From contig OX597833.1 in the NCBI GenBank assembly GCA_951406725.2, positions 42,284,001-42,348,000 on the forward strand: DNA of 64,000 nucleotides, given 5' to 3'. Below, piece after piece: positions 38,521-52,718 of the stretch (positions are counted from its first letter, which is position 1; each line of letters begins with the position of its first letter). The notes under the pieces are model-generated. The model was not told the origin of the DNA. It saw nothing but the letters and a program-made list of their open reading frames with translations, and searched no databases. Position numbers and translations under genes: made by a program. Source of the stretch: Octopus vulgaris. Taxonomy: Eukaryota.

Positions 38521-41099
38521 AGAGCATATTATTGTAGTACAGATGATTTGAGCTTCAGTGAATATGTACAAAAAATAAATTAAAATTAAATGAAAATATT
38601 TACAAGACTTAGAAGATAGTTTCAAGTCCTTTTCCCAATAATGAGAAAAAGACAAGGTTGTTGATGAGTTTACTAATATTTTTCAGTTTTATGCAAAATA
38701 TCTTTAAATTTGTCAAAGACCTTTTACATTAGAGTGGAAACTATTTGTAAACGGTTATTAGTAAAATTGCCTTTTTCTCAGTATTAGAGAAAGAACTTGA
38801 AACTATCAACTGAACCTTGCTGGTATTTTTACTTAATTTTAATTTATTCTCTCCCATATTTATGTAAACACTGATTTTTTGTACTGTAATTATACGCTCC
38901 TCAGAGTTTTACCATTTCTTTCCCTTTACTTACCTTTTAGTCTTTTCTGCTCTCCCAGTTTTCATTATCTCTCATTCTCTCTCTTACCCAATATATATAT
39001 ATATATATATATTTTCATTTTTTTTTAAATGTCCTTTACTTACATATGTATATGTTATCTGACTATCATATATATATTTAAAATGTTAGCTCTTAGTATT
39101 TATATGCTTAATTTTGACAAAAATCTTTTTATTACCATATCAACTATTTTTAATAAACAGTTACGTGGAACTTGGAGTGAACATTAGTGAAAATTACCGT
39201 TTTATTTGCTGCTTTAATACATTAACACAAACACAACAATGCTGCCTTAACAAAGTTAAAATCTTCATCATAGTAACCCTACATGCATCAATATCCAAAT
39301 ATAATTCTGACATGTTTAACAATCATGTAAATTAGAGCATATAATGGCATATCTACAAATACCAACAGTTGAAAATAATAATGATAATAATAATAATGAT
39401 ATTTTCTTTATTAGGTACAAGATAGGGGTGTGGGTTAGTACGTTATAAAACCGAAAAAATTAATTAATTATAAAGTTAAGTATGAGCCGATTTCTTCCAG
39501 TCACCAAAATAAACTTCATGCCATTAACTTTGTATGACACCCTGGGGATCCTACAAGAAAATATCTCGGAGCAACACTGTCCATCAGGCATAACAAGGCT
39601 CATCCAATCAACATTAAAACCACATTATCAACTTGAACCTACTTGGCCAGATTCACTTTTTATAAAAACAAAAAAACTATTTTGAGAAAGTGACAATTTT
39701 TTTTTTTTTGTTACTCTCTTTTATTTCTTCAGATCTCTGAATTAGATGCCTTCCTGTATGAGTTCATACAGCTTTCCTGTGTAAAACAACTTCCTTTTGG
39801 TTGAGCCTGTAATTTACAGAAATGTCACTACAGATTAGGTAGTTGGTTTCATTTCAGTGATGAAATTGCTAACACAGTTTGAATACCAGCCACTGGAAGA
39901 GGGCAGTAAACAACACCATTTAGCATATTTACACCTCAGAGATCTACCCTATCTGATTTGTCACCATACCTTGCTTTTAGAGATTGTGCCACTCAGCAAA
40001 ATATCATTGCTATTGTCTCTATCAGCCTAGTGACCTCTTAGCCTAAACTAAACAATTATCTTCAGCTATATTGAACATTTCTCTCATATCATCATCATTA
40101 TTGTTTCCCCGCTCCCTTTTCTACAATCTTATGTAATGCAGTCGTTTGGGGTCAGAACTGTACTGCAAAGAACCCAAGTTCCTGATGGCACTTTAAGTAT
40201 CAATTGCTCACTCTTGTGTCTATTGTCGACATCTACAAGCTGATAGAACCTCTCTATCTCATCATACCTATTCACCATTGATTGTTCCAGTGCTGCCATT
40301 AAGCCAAGTGTAATCTATTCTCCATAGGTATGGCATCATAACAGCAACTGGAACAGATGGGAGTTGTGGGTTTCTTTGGTTTTACATACACTTTTTCTTA
40401 CAAGTGGTACTCCGAGTGTCATTACAACTGCATTTCCATAATTATAGGATCATCATCATCATCATTTAATGTCCGTGTTCCATGCTAGCATGGGTGGGAC
40501 GAGGATAGTTTTCTATTCCATTGTATTGTATAGAGTAAAGCATCCAAGTGCTAGCTAGATTCTGAGAGGTCATAAAGATACTGATTACCTTTATTTATGG
40601 GAATATCTCACGAAAGCAAGCATGAAGCATCATATTTATAGGAGTGTTCATAAGAATTTCATACATATACACGCAAGCACAGACATAGGCACAGAATTAC
40701 TTACATTACATGTAGAACAAAACATAACAGGAGTACCAAACTCGTTATTCTAAGACAATACCAAGAAAGAAAAAAAACAATCCAGCTGACCGTCTTGTTC
40801 TTTCCAATAGAATGAATTAACGCAGTGTAAAGAGTCAGTTATTTCCCCTTACACTGTTATCTCCCACAAGCAACGGCAGTTGTTACTCCGTCTGCCTGAA
40901 GCAAATTCAGAGTTAGCAATAAATACTACCTCCCGTTATTCTCCCTTCGATTCATTTTTTTGTTTTGTTTTGTTTTTCAGCCATAATACATTCACTAAAC
41001 TTGATATTGTCTTTGTTGCAGTCTCTTGCTTTTTCTTTTTACTTAACTTCACTCAAAGAAGAAAAAAAATGAAAAGAAAAGGTATTGGGGAATGACTGA

Positions 41100-42700
41100 T
41101 CATTTTAATAATAATGAGCTTATATGCAATGTTCAGGTGCACTGCAAAATGCATCTCATTGGGAAAGGGTAAAAAGAGAGACACAAAGCAGTCAAGTTAA
41201 ACGAGAAGTACGTGCACAATTCACAAAAACAGAATAAACCATAAAAGACAGAAAAATGAATAGTAAAAGAGTCCTAAAAAGGAAACAGTGCATTGGTACA
41301 TCAGAAAGTGTTGATGAATTTAGGGGAGCATGGAATTTTTAAAGGACGTAATGTCCTGACAGCTGACAACCAATGTGGGATGCATATTGACAATTGTGTG
41401 TGTGAAAACTTTTTCCAGAAAGTCATGGGTGTTATGCTATTGTTTTTATTTTGTAAGCCTGTCCACAGGTAGTACAGGTATTGAATTCAAAAAGGTGATC
41501 AAAGTTTTGAGAACAGGGTAGATAATTTTGTGGGCTTCTATCGTCAGATGCAAGATGTTGCACCCTTAGTGTGTCAATGCTCAGAGAAGCAAATGTTCAA
41601 AATATGGTAACTGACAAAGGATGTCCAGTTACATATCTCTGGACAGCTCCTAACAGATTGATATCCTGGATGGATAAGATAGGGTTCCAAATTGGATATG
41701 CAAATCATAAGTATGCATATACCATAGTCACACACGCATATATATATATATATATATAGCTTTGAATAGATAACCAGTCTGCAGCTGATGAAAGTCTTAT
41801 GGCTAGATAATAAGATACCTTCAACCTTTTTGATGATTTTAGAAATGTAATTTGTCCAATGCAAACCATTGCTGACAATAATTCCTTGGTCACATTCACC
41901 AGCACATTTCTTAAGGTTGCTGTGAAGTGAGTGGCTAAATTCCAGGTTTACCTCCCAAAGTGTATAGTAATGCACTCGAGTAGCCAAACAGCAATACATT
42001 ACTGCACTGTGTACATGTCAGATTTTAGGGGAAAAAATCTATACAATGTGGGACCTGTTTTCATCAAGTTACATTTTAATACCTTGATAAAAACAGATCC
42101 CACATAGAAATCTGTATATTTCAACACAATAATATGCTTTAAATTGACTTCTATTTCATTACTGTATGCAACAAACAAGGGGCCAAGAACAAAAGCCTGC
42201 AAGACATCACATGTCTTTGCATATGATACAAAATGTCCTCGTGATTACTACTTTTCAACTGAGAATGAAGAACTTCAACCAATTATAAAATCTAGCCTTA
42301 ATACCTATTGTGAATAACTTTATCATTAAGTTGTATTTGAGGTACTCAATTAAAGGCTTTGAAAAGGTCAAGGTAGATAACATCCCCTCATGAACCACCA
42401 TCTGTAATTCAGGTATGTCAAAGACATTCAATGAGTTGGGCACAACAGGTGGAATTAAAGATAAATCCAATTTGTGAGGGTCAAATAAGGTTACAAATGT
42501 TCCAGGATATCTCTCTGAAGTAGGACTTGTTAATCTGGTGATACAGCTTGTGAGATTAAACAGATTGTAATTAACAGGTGATGTGCAGTTGCTCTGTTTG
42601 AAATGAAGAATAATGCTGGCAATTTTTCACTGTTCTGGAGTAATGTGGTTAAGGCAGAATTAGAAAATTAAATTTGTGAAGTAGAAAGAGTCCACTGTAT
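41100..42700 (-). mobile_element. Degenerate CR1-clade LINE RT fragment
   Basis: Remnants LTFSKPL, VLGPLFVAY, LHWTNYISKI, YQSVRSCPE; 3' end homologous to 14455-14945. Confidence 0.6.
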
Positions 42701-43705
42701 TTGAGAACAGCAGCATCAGAACCAGGAGGAGGCATAGGTGTGCAACAGATGTAGAATTTGGTGCTAATAGCAGTGAAAATTTATGGAAAAAAAAAGCAAG
42801 ATGCCATGAGTGGTAGAATTGTCACCAACTAGAATGGGAGCATAAATTCTCGATTAAAGCTGTACCTATGTTGTAACATGGAGACTATTTCAACTAAAGC
42901 TTCTCGAAACGTCACAGATAATAAACTAGACCCTATTCTGCCAACACTGTTTTGAAACTTAAGTATGATGTAATGATTGAGAGGTTAGAGATGCTGGGCA
43001 ACTGATCACAAGCTGAGATTTTACTTTATATATTATGGTGTTGTATCCTTGAGCAAAATTCATAATACTTGCTCCCATTTGCCTAACTGGAGAAAGTATC
43101 TATATTTTAGATGCTCTGGTGAACTTAATATGAGCAGATCTATAATCAAAAGCATTCCAACCATAAACATGTATCCTTTTCTAAGACGGTTGTGTGTGAA
43201 ATGAAGATTAGGTTGCTATTTCTAACAAGTTGAACAACTACAAAGAGGCTCCTTCATTGTTGCAGTGGTTATATAGTTTTGTATTGGAAGGCCATTTAGG
43301 TGTAAGGCAATTGTTTTGAGAAAACTGCAAACACACCATGAAATCTTGAGAAAATGGATGCAAATCAATAAAGATTTTTTTTCTTTTTGAGAGAGTAAGA
43401 GCTGAGATATAAAAACAAGTTCAAATTTGTATGATGTTAATTAACTTGAGTAAGTCATTCTGTATAGATGACCACAGAAGTTCAAATTCTCTATAAATAA
43501 AATAAAAAAAAACAAAAAAACATTGGTTTCTAACTGTTTATAGCAAAGTGATTCCCAAAAAAGTGTTACACTATGACATACATCTATCTTAGACTTGCAC
43601 AAATTATTGGAAAGAAAACTTAGGAAATGTATTGTCTTACACTCATTCCCATTGGATTGGAATACCAGTTTCTAGCTTCTTACACTGAAAAATGTGTTTG
43701 TTTAA

Positions 43706-43923
43706 CCCTTTAGCATTCGGATTACTCTATCAGATGTAATGCTTATTTATTCACATTGTTTTGAATTTATGCATTATCCCACAGCTTCAAGATTTCAACG
43801 ATATACTTGTATATTTTTAGAATGTGATTGTATGATAGATGAGAGAGGCCAGATCTGGTTAGTTTGAACATAAGACATGTAGAATGTTTGGGCTGGATAA
43901 TAGCTGGTTTAAATGCTAAAGGG
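43706..43923. mobile_element. piggyBac-like MITE
   Basis: TTAA-CCCTTTAGCATT...AATGCTAAAGGG-TTAA. Confidence 0.85.
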
Positions 43924-45310
43924 TTAAGATTGCTCTAAGATTAAAAACCTTAAAGATTTTCCAATCAGCTGTCATGCTTTACATAAAATAACACATCAAC
44001 ATTTTGAAAACCTTACAAATATTTTATTAAAAATGTATGAACTACAATGAATTATAACAGTTGACATTAAGGTAGAAAAATAATGGTATATAAAAAGTAA
44101 TTAAAATATATAATAGATTATGTATAATGCATCTCAAAAACAAAGTTTTCAGAAAATCCATCAGCATATTCAGGTTTGAAGTTTCTGCCATATGGTTGTT
44201 TAGGTGCTACATTACCTCTTAAAATTGAATGGCAAACAACTCTTACAAAATTACTCCTAGATTTAGTATCTTTTAAGGTAACAAATCATACTATAAGTAG
44301 TTTTTATTTCATAGTAACATTTGTCAGGAATGAAATTAAGAGGTAACACTTAACATGTAAACCAAGTTGTATACCAAACTTTGACATCTTGCACTCGTCC
44401 TACTGTTTGATTAACTTGAAGCTAGCAACCATTTAGTATAATATAATAGATAATATTATTTAATAGTGATGTTTAAACAAACTTTATATCTCAGATTTTA
44501 CCTGCACTCACCTGTAATTTTCAGACAAAAAAGTTATAGTTTCATAAACCTAGTCTAAATTCATGATCATTTTAGAATCTAATTGAAATATATAAGAGTG
44601 TATTTTGATTAGAAGTATAGTAATGAAATGGTTAAGTTTTAAAGGGAAATAGGATTTCATAAGGATCTGAATATACCAGTCTTTAAAATTACCCTGATAG
44701 TTGGCATGGTCATGGATGGCAGGTGAAAATGGTTTTTAAGAGAAGGCATGCCAAAACTTGAGGTACACCTTATAAGCTCTCAAATATGATATGGAACAAC
44801 TTTTTATGGCATCAAAATTACAATTCAAATATTCTTAAGTCTGACAATATCATTTAAGAAGTGAAAAATAATTCATAAAAATATATCAAGTACACTATCC
44901 ATCTTCGTAAATACATAATAAATTTGGGGAATTTTATACAAAAATAGTAAATATATACATTTAAAACAAAGGATATTATTATTAAGAAAAACATTCTGTT
45001 TCTTGTTACAGGAATTATTAAAGAAAAAATAAGATTGTAAAACACAAGCAAAAAACAGACTAATCAGTTATTTGATTAAGGCCACACTGGACTGTCATCT
45101 AGAGCAGTGGTTCTCAACCATTTTTTATTTAGGGATACCTTTCATTACTATTTTACTCAGTTGCCCCCCCCTCCCCCTCCGCAATTCAATGTTTATAAAC
45201 TAGTTTTATAGATATTTCTTTCAAAATTCCTATTTCGTTTTTCATACATTAACTTGCATAGGTTGAAATGTGTTAAATGTTGGAGAAAGAAGCCTAGCTT
45301 CTTGCATTAA

Positions 45311-45528
45311 CCCTTTCATTACTGTATTTATTTTGAGATGCTCTGTATTTATTACAATTACTTGAAATATAACAAAGAATTTAGTAAAATAACTTAGTTA
45401 TCATTCAGCTTGTATTAGGAACATAAATTGTGACTGAGGTTTTGTAGAAGATTTTAATTCAACACATGAAAACAAAACATTTGTACTCAGAGCCAGAGCT
45501 GGTTTCAGTCGGGTTGGTAACGAAAGGG
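45311..45528. mobile_element. piggyBac-like MITE, probably nested in a hAT-like MITE starting CAGTGGTTCTCAACC at about 45104
   Basis: TTAA-CCCTTTCATTAC...GTAACGAAAGGG-TTAA. Confidence 0.8.
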
Positions 45529-45845
45529 TTAAATACAGCTAAAGAAAAATTTTTCCACTGACCCTTCATATACTACTCTGTGTCTCCAATTTACTATTTT
45601 TGCTTGCATGAAGTACTGCATATTTTGGCATGTTCTAAAGTATATAGTTACATTAACCGTAGCATGTTAAATGCAATGACAGGATTTAAGGTCAGAATAT
45701 TGAAGGACATTACCAAATCAATAAAGGTAATTTTATGCAATATTACTGATGTATGTACATATAGAAAACATTTGTGGAGTACCATGTTAAATGATGGTCC
45801 TCCTCTATATAGAGTCTGTAAATACTGAATTCATGATACTGCAGT

Positions 45846-45982
45846 TTATAATACAAAAGTGATATCTGGTATAAGAAGTATGTAACACACGCCAAGAATG
45901 AACAGGATGCTTTTGTAAACTTTTAAAGTTGAAACACTTCCAGTAGGAGACGGGCAGTTTGGGCCTTGACACTCTGCAGTTT
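45846..45982 (-). CDS. Lachesin-like Ig protein, last exon (ETAECQGPNCPSPTGSVSTLKVYKSILFILGVCYILLIPDITFVL*), GPI-signal-like
   Basis: ttttcag acceptor in phase 1 matching the preceding exon; small-residue omega region then hydrophobic C-terminus; TAA stop. Confidence 0.85.
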
Positions 45983-46223
45983 CTGAAAAAAATAATAACA
46001 TTTCCGTATGGACAAGCAAAATTCAGGATTTAATATTAAAAATAACAGAAAAGTAGCAAGCTGTCAGAATCGTTGGCATGCTAGGTAAAATGCTTAGCGG
46101 CATTTCATCTGCCTTTAAACACCAGGGTCTATATAGTTGACGTACCCTGCTCCCCTGATATTGCTGGCCTTGTGTCAAAATTTGAAATCGGTATTTAAAA
46201 TAACACAATATTACTAAACAGCG

Positions 46224-46482
46224 TGGAGGCGCGTGGCTTAGTGGTTAGGGTGTCAGCATCATGATCGTAAGATTGTGGTTTTATTTCCTGGACCAGGTGA
46301 CACGTTGTGTTCTTGAGCAAAACACTTCATTACACGTTGCTCCAGTCCACTCAGCTGGCAAAAATGAGTAACGCTGCAATGGACTGGCGTTCTGTCCAGC
46401 TGGAGAACACATATGCCATTGAAACTGGGAAACTGGGCCCATGAGCCTGGCTAGGCTTGAAAAGGGCACTTAAATAAATAAA
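46224..46482 (+). mobile_element. tRNA-derived SINE with V-SINE-like domain; related heads at 48292-48588, 63615-63955 and 33940-34145 (-)
   Basis: TGGCTTAGTGG A box, GTTCTTGAGCAAAACACTT block, GCAATGGACTGGCGTTCTGTCCAG block, TAAA tail. Confidence 0.7.
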
Positions 46483-46879
46483 AATTACTAAACAGCAAGG
46501 TGCAATAGGTTGTTCTGGTTAGTACACAAAATGTTTTCACACTATTTTCCTGTTTACTGTTTTACTGTAAAGGTCGATGGCAGCATATTTATTGCATGGT
46601 TCACATATTCTTTTGGAGAGAGAGAGAGATAGAGGCCTTTTATTACTGAATAACTTTCATTATTGTCATTCACAACTATTTAAATCATCATCATCATCAT
46701 CATCGTTTAGCGTCCGCTTTCCATGCTAGCATGGGTTGGACGGGTCAACTGGGGTCTGTGAAGCTGGAAGGCTTCGTCAGGCCCAGTCAGATCTGGCAGT
46801 GTTTCTATGGCTGGATGCCCTTCCTAACGCCAACCACTCCGCGAGTGTAGTGGGTGTTTTTTACGTGCCACTTGCACAG

Positions 46880-47245
46880 GTGCCAGACAGAGCTGGCGAA
46901 CGGCCACGAACGGATGGTGCTTTTACGTGTCACCGGCACGGGGCCAGGCGATGCTGGCAACGGACACGAACGGATGGTGCTTTTACGTGCCACCGATACG
47001 GTTGCCAGACAGAGCTGGCAAACGGCCACGAGCGGACGGTGCTTTTACATGTCACCGGCACGGGGGCCAGCCGAGGCTGGCAACGGACACGGATGGATGG
47101 TGCTTTTACGTGCCACCGACACGGGGCCAGACAGAGCTGGCAAACGGCCACGAACGGATGGTGCTTTTACATGCCACCGACACGGGGCCAGACAGAGCTG
47201 GCAAACGGCCACGAACGGACGGTGCTTTTACATGTCACTGGCATG
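46880..47245. repeat. ~57-61 bp tandem repeat x6 inside a family C element
   Basis: Unit GCCAGACAGAGCTGGCAAACGGCCACGAACGGATGGTGCTTTTACGTGCCACCG(A/G)CACGGG. Confidence 0.9.
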
Positions 47246-47309
47246 TAAGTAATAAACCTTCTTCAGCAAATTCTTTACCACTTCTGGAATGAGAATAGAT
47301 ATAGTAACA

Positions 47310-47722
47310 TACTCTCTTTTACTCTTTTACTTGTTTCAGTCATTTGACTGTAGCCATGATGGAGCACCGCCTTTTAGTCGAGTAAATCGACCCCAGGACT
47401 TATTCTTTGTAAGCTTAGTACTTATTCTATCAGTCTCTTTTGCTGAACCTCTAAGTTACAGGGACGTAAAAACACCACCGTCGGTTGTCAAGCAATGGTG
47501 GGGGGACAAACACAGATACACAAACATATGCACACATACATATATATATACATATATAAGACGGGCTTCTTCCAGTTTCCGTCTACCAAATCCACTCACA
47601 AGGCTTTGGTCGGCCTGAGGCTGTAGTAGAAGACACTTGCCCAAGGTGCCATGCAGTGGGAATGAACCCGGAACCATGTGGTTGGTAAGCAAGCTACTTA
47701 CCACACAACCATCCTGCGCCTA
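47310..47722 (-). mobile_element. SINE family A, full length
   Basis: Reverse-complement full copy. Confidence 0.9.
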
Positions 47723-49261
47723 ACATGTAAATTTTAAGTGTACAGAACTTAAAAGACAGGACGGTGTAGGAGAAATGCCAATGAAGTTGTTTGTGTTTTT
47801 TCTTTGTTTTTGCTACTTACATTCTCTCTACATCACAAGCCTGCTTAAGTAATTCAGAGGAAATTACCTAGCATTACCATAATTGAAAATGGTTTGCCAG
47901 CAAACAAATTAGTGGCTCCAGTTCTTTGAAGCAACTGGATTTGATGTGGAAAGAAACAGATTGGTTATTTGTTTCTCTGGGATTGATCTAAGGGATGTCA
48001 ATATCTCTGTTGAGACACCTATAAGAGTGTTCATTAACATAAATTTAATAATAATGAAATTATTGTATACAGTGCTCAGGTGCACAAGATCTAAGTCAAT
48101 CACAGAAATATATACTCCATTTATACATAACTTGGCTGGAATATTTTACAGTAGAGTCTTTTGGTCCCTTGTCAAGATAGTTTCTGCTAATGTTTACATA
48201 ATCTTATCCACTACTCCCCAACAAGCTTGCCTCAGTAAGTAACATTCATGCTGATAAAACCACCACATTTATTGCTAATCATGCTTCATACTGGAGGCAC
48301 ATGGCCTAGTGGTTAGAGTAGTGGACTCGCAGTCGAGGGATCGCTGGCTCAAATCTCAGTCTAGGCGATGTGTGTGTTTATGAGCGAAACACCTACGCTC
48401 CACGTGGCTCCGGCAGAAGGTAATGGTGAAATTCTGCTGACTCTTTCACCACAACCTTCTCTCACCCTTTCCTCCTACATCTTGCAGCTCACCTGTAACA
48501 GACTGGCGTTCTGTCCAGGTGGGGAACCTATACACCGACAAAACTGGCCCTAATGAGCCAGGCGTGGCTCGAGAAGGAACAAACAACAAATGCTTCATAC
48601 TGAATACACATGCACATCAAAATTTCTCTCTCTTCACCATGTACACATGTTTGCTAAATGTGAAACATCTTTGATTATGTTAACCCAGTCAGTTCTGACA
48701 TTGTCCTTTGTTACCAGCAAACAGCACACCTCAGAGTTTACATTAAAAATGTGCAGTCCAATTCAAAAGCGACCCCATTTATAGGACAGTAGAGCCGTTA
48801 CACAAATACATGACCTAATACTCAAACAATAACTCTGAGCACCTTTTCAAACTCCATCTGTCTAACACCCGTGGACATGTTTACAAAGTCAGAAAACAGC
48901 ACAGCTCCCATGACTTTCAGAAACATTTTTTCACACTAAGAGTTGCTGAAACATGGAACAAACTGTCGGCATCAGTTGTTAGTTGTCGGAGCACTGCATC
49001 CTTCAAAACTTCCATGCTTCCTGAGATTTGCCAACACTACACTTGATTTTCTCCCCTCCATAAAAACACAAGTATGTATCTGACTCATACACTGTTCGCT
49101 TTCCAGACATTTGTACATTACTGCATATGCTTTATATGCACTTTTGACAAGTTGTGGTGCACCTGAGCACTGTATACAATACTTTCATTATTATTATTTT
49201 TTTTTAAAGAATGGTAAACATAGGTGAAGGCAAAACAGCAAAAAAAACTTTTGTTGCTTAC

Positions 49262-49489
49262 CAAATAATATAATTTGAGTTTCTTGTTCTCCCTCAGTGT
49301 TTGCGCCAACACAGTAATATGTTCCATAGTCATTGGCTTGGACATTCTTCACTTTCAGTTTGTACCAAGTCTCTCCAAGCCTTAGGTTGCTGCTTTGTAG
49401 CTTCTGAATTTCATACTTATCAGTATCAGTTAATTTCTCCCTCCCCCGAGATTTCTTTTTGTACCAACTCAACACAGCATCCGGGTAAG
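49262..49489 (-). CDS. Lachesin-like exon, Ig3 second half (SYPDAVLSWYK...LKVKNVQANDYGTYYCVGANTEG..IILF)
   Basis: ttttcag / GTAAGC sites, phase 1-1, W and DYGTYYC Ig motifs. Confidence 0.93.
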
Positions 49490-50024
49490 CTGAAAATTGA
49501 AGAATAGAGAGTGAACGGATGCATTTATTTATTTTCTCATGGTAGAGAGAACTCTAGTTTTTACACTTTAAAAATACCATGTGTTGGAGTTGATACCTCA
49601 GAAAACTTGTTCTAGCAACAGATACAATAGTACTGTGATCTCTGAAACTCATTCACTCAATACAGATATAGAGGTGTTGAGGCATCAGAAAGCTCACTCT
49701 AGTGAGCAGGTTTGTTAAACTTTTTGCTAATGGTATTCTCTCCATAACTGATATTATAGTTATAGCCCACAATGTAATGATAGCTTGATTAACATGTCCA
49801 TAACATAATATGACGCCCAAAACTTTTCTATATCAACACCTCACACACTAGCTTTGAGGTATTTAGAAAAAGAATAATTCATAAATGCTTTCTGCATGAA
49901 AAATAACAGCTAAGTGTTAACGTATTTAACGCATGATTAGCACTATGACCCGGTAACGCCAGGTCATAGTGCTAGTGTATGCATATACAGCTGTGTGCGT
50001 GTGCACATATATGTGAGTACTGTC

Positions 50025-50298
50025 CAAATCTCCGATCAATCACATACAGCTAGCTGGCATTCAATTGGCATATCAAGTTTCGGGCATTTTGATTGGGTTT
50101 TGGATAGAAAATTCACAAAAAAGTCACTTCTATGGATTTTTTAATGGCTTTGCGGGTGACTGGGGAAATGTAAAGATATGCACGACCACCCATGGACGGT
50201 TTTGAATGACCATAGAAAGTGCGAGCCCTCTAACTGAAAAATTGTGGGTTTGTATAAAGGACATGCACACAGATATTTTGCCGTTTATATATGGAGAG
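50025..50298 (-). mobile_element. Probable Helitron-like non-autonomous 5' portion
   Basis: rc begins TCTCCATATATAAACGGCAAAATATCTGTGTG, a TC...ATATATAAA start; lies near a Helitron-like CTAG end at 49975. Confidence 0.4.
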
Positions 50299-51123
50299 AT
50301 ATGTTCAATAAAGTTAACTAGAAATATGCTGGAAGGAACAAACAATGTAAGTTAATAACTAATACTATTTTTCATTTTTCTTATTTCTTTATTGCCCACA
50401 AGGGGCTAAACATAGAGGGGACAAACGGATAAAGTCGATTCCATCGACCCCAGTGCATAACTGGTACTTAATTTATTGATCCCGAAAGGATGAAAGGCAA
50501 AGTTGACGAAATACCGCTAAGCATTTCACCCAGCATGCTAACGTTTCTGCCAGCTCGCCGCCTTTATTTTTCATTTTTCTAGCAAATATGGCAGACAACT
50601 ATGGACATATTTTAGTCCTATTTTGACTTAATTAGCAAAGCATAGCCAATAAAGCTACAATATTGTATATATCTTGAGGGATTCTTTTGTCATTACTTCA
50701 GCAACAGAGTGAAGACTTTTACTGATGAAGTCTGAATAAAACAAACAAGTCTGACGTTGTATTAGCTGCATAAATGGGAATATTAGTCATGAATTAATAT
50801 TGTTTTTGTTTTTTTTGTTCCCACATATGTTCTTTTTAATTCTTGATACAATATGCATTAAATATGCTAATGGTAAGTAGTCTTTTTATAATCAGGCTGA
50901 AACTTTAAATATGAACAAAATAAACAGTGTAATGAGATGTGCAGTGTAGCTCTAAACAGACTTAAAGTGAATTATTTCTAGTATGCTAAGTCTCCATTCT
51001 AGGGATAACTTCTTCCTACTGTTCACAAATGTCCTGAGAAAGGTCATAGCTAGAGCCATTCTTTTTCTGTCATAAAAAAAAGAGATTTGAAAAAAATGCT
51101 GATAAAGGCAAATTAGAACTTAC

Positions 51124-51325
51124 ATGACACTTTACACTCCAATACTGCTGAATATTTTCCATTCTGAGCTTGACCAACAGTGTCTTGAACATAACTGACC
51201 ATAGGGGGTGAAATGATATAGACTCTAACATCTAAATGATCTGGAGGTCGGACTGTATTATCAGCCACACAACGATAAACACCTTGATCCTCACTTCGAA
51301 CGTTAGTCAACTTCAAGACTGGATT
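51124..51325 (-). CDS. Lachesin-like exon, Ig2 end/Ig3 start (NPVLKLTNVRSEDQGVYRCVADNTVRPP...AVLECKVS)
   Basis: aaaag / GTAAGT sites, phase 0-1, DQGVYRC motif. Confidence 0.93.
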
Positions 51326-51399
51326 CTTTTAAAGAAAGAAAAAACATATTTACAATTTCTGTTTTAGAATGCCTACTTTTCCATGTTTGCATGGATCAG

Positions 51400-51797
51400 A
51401 GAAAACTATATTAGGGGCAGAGTTTTCTTAGGCTAAATCCTTCCTGATGGCAACCCATCACTTGTTTCCAAGTGAGGAGAAAACTATATTAGGGGAAGAG
51501 TTTTCTTAGGCTGGAAATCCTTCCTGATGGCAACCCATCACTTGTTTCCAAGTGAGGAGAAAACTATATTAGGGGCAGAGTTTTCTTAGGCTGGAAATCC
51601 TTCCTGATGGCAACCCATCACTTGTTTCCAAGTGAGGAGAAAACTATATTAGGGGAAGAGTTTTCTTAGGCTGGAAATCCTTCCTGATGGCAACCCATCA
51701 CTTGTTTCCAAGTGAGGAGAAAACTATATTAGGGGAAGAGTTTTCTTAGGCTGGAAATCCTTCCTGATGGCAACCCATCGCTTGTTTCCAAGTGAGG
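51400..51797. repeat. 80-bp minisatellite x5
   Basis: Unit GAGAAAACTATATTAGGGG(C/A)AGAGTTTTCTTAGGCTGGAAATCCTTCCTGATGGCAACCCATCACTTGTTTCCAAGTGAG at 51400, 51478, 51558, 51638, 51718. Confidence 0.95.
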
Positions 51798-52718
51798 TGA
51801 TAATGTTCTGAGCTACCAAGCAACAAACAGCCCAGAAATATTTATATGTAGAGAACTGGCAACAAATGACGCCATATTGATGAATCGTTTGTTTACAAAG
51901 ATCGCACAATATGTCAAGAAGTTTGGATATGTTTTTGTGATGGATTGATGAACAGCAAGCAGACAACACCATCAACAATGCCATTGTTTAGAATCAACAA
52001 ACACAAATGTAGATGAGGAAAATAGGAACTCACTGACACAGACATACATACATGCATGCATGCGCACACACACAATGTGTAAACAATCATATACAAAAGG
52101 TATCTTTCAGTTTCTATACACCAAATCCATTCAGAGGGTTTTGGTGGGTTCAAGACTATAGCAGAAAACACTTGCCCTTGGTGCATATGGTAGGACTGAC
52201 CCCCAAACCATGTGGTTGGTAAGTAAACTGCTTAACCATACAGTTATGAGACAAGGTACATTTAAAAATATTTCACGTCGAATCTTGCAGAGGTCACTTT
52301 TGTCCATCACCTTTTCAACATAAATAAACAAAGAAACCAATATGCTGAGGTATACCCAACTCTACCCTCCTTGCAAAATTTATATCATGTACCAATTTTA
52401 GAAATCATTAATCCATAGAACGTTGGCGAAAAAGTCTCACAGTTTTAAGTTACATATTCTTACCTACTCTGTTCAAATACCACCAAGATGGACTTAGTTT
52501 TCATACTTTTCACAGCCAATAAAAGAAAGCATCAATCAAATACTCGGGTCAATATAACTGACTAACCCTTCCACAAAACTTGTAGCCTTGTGACTGTCTA
52601 AGAAATTATTATTGTTGATAGAATTGGCCACCGATTCTTCGCGGCGCGCCTGCCCTACCCACCCCCAATACCGGATATCTCTATTTTGCTCCAACTATAC
52701 CGGATGTCGTTTCTCCCA

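Noticed and set aside
10247-43365. Octamer ATGCAAAT sites (10247, 12402, 29643, 41698, 43358) as POU2 autoregulatory elements
   Set aside because: A handful is expected by chance in 64 kb of AT-rich DNA; no clustering or conservation evidence
46736-47292. CRISPR-like look and multiple overlapping ORFs
   Set aside because: The spacers are homologous to each other, the array lies inside a LINE 3'UTR repeat, the context is eukaryotic and there are no cas genes
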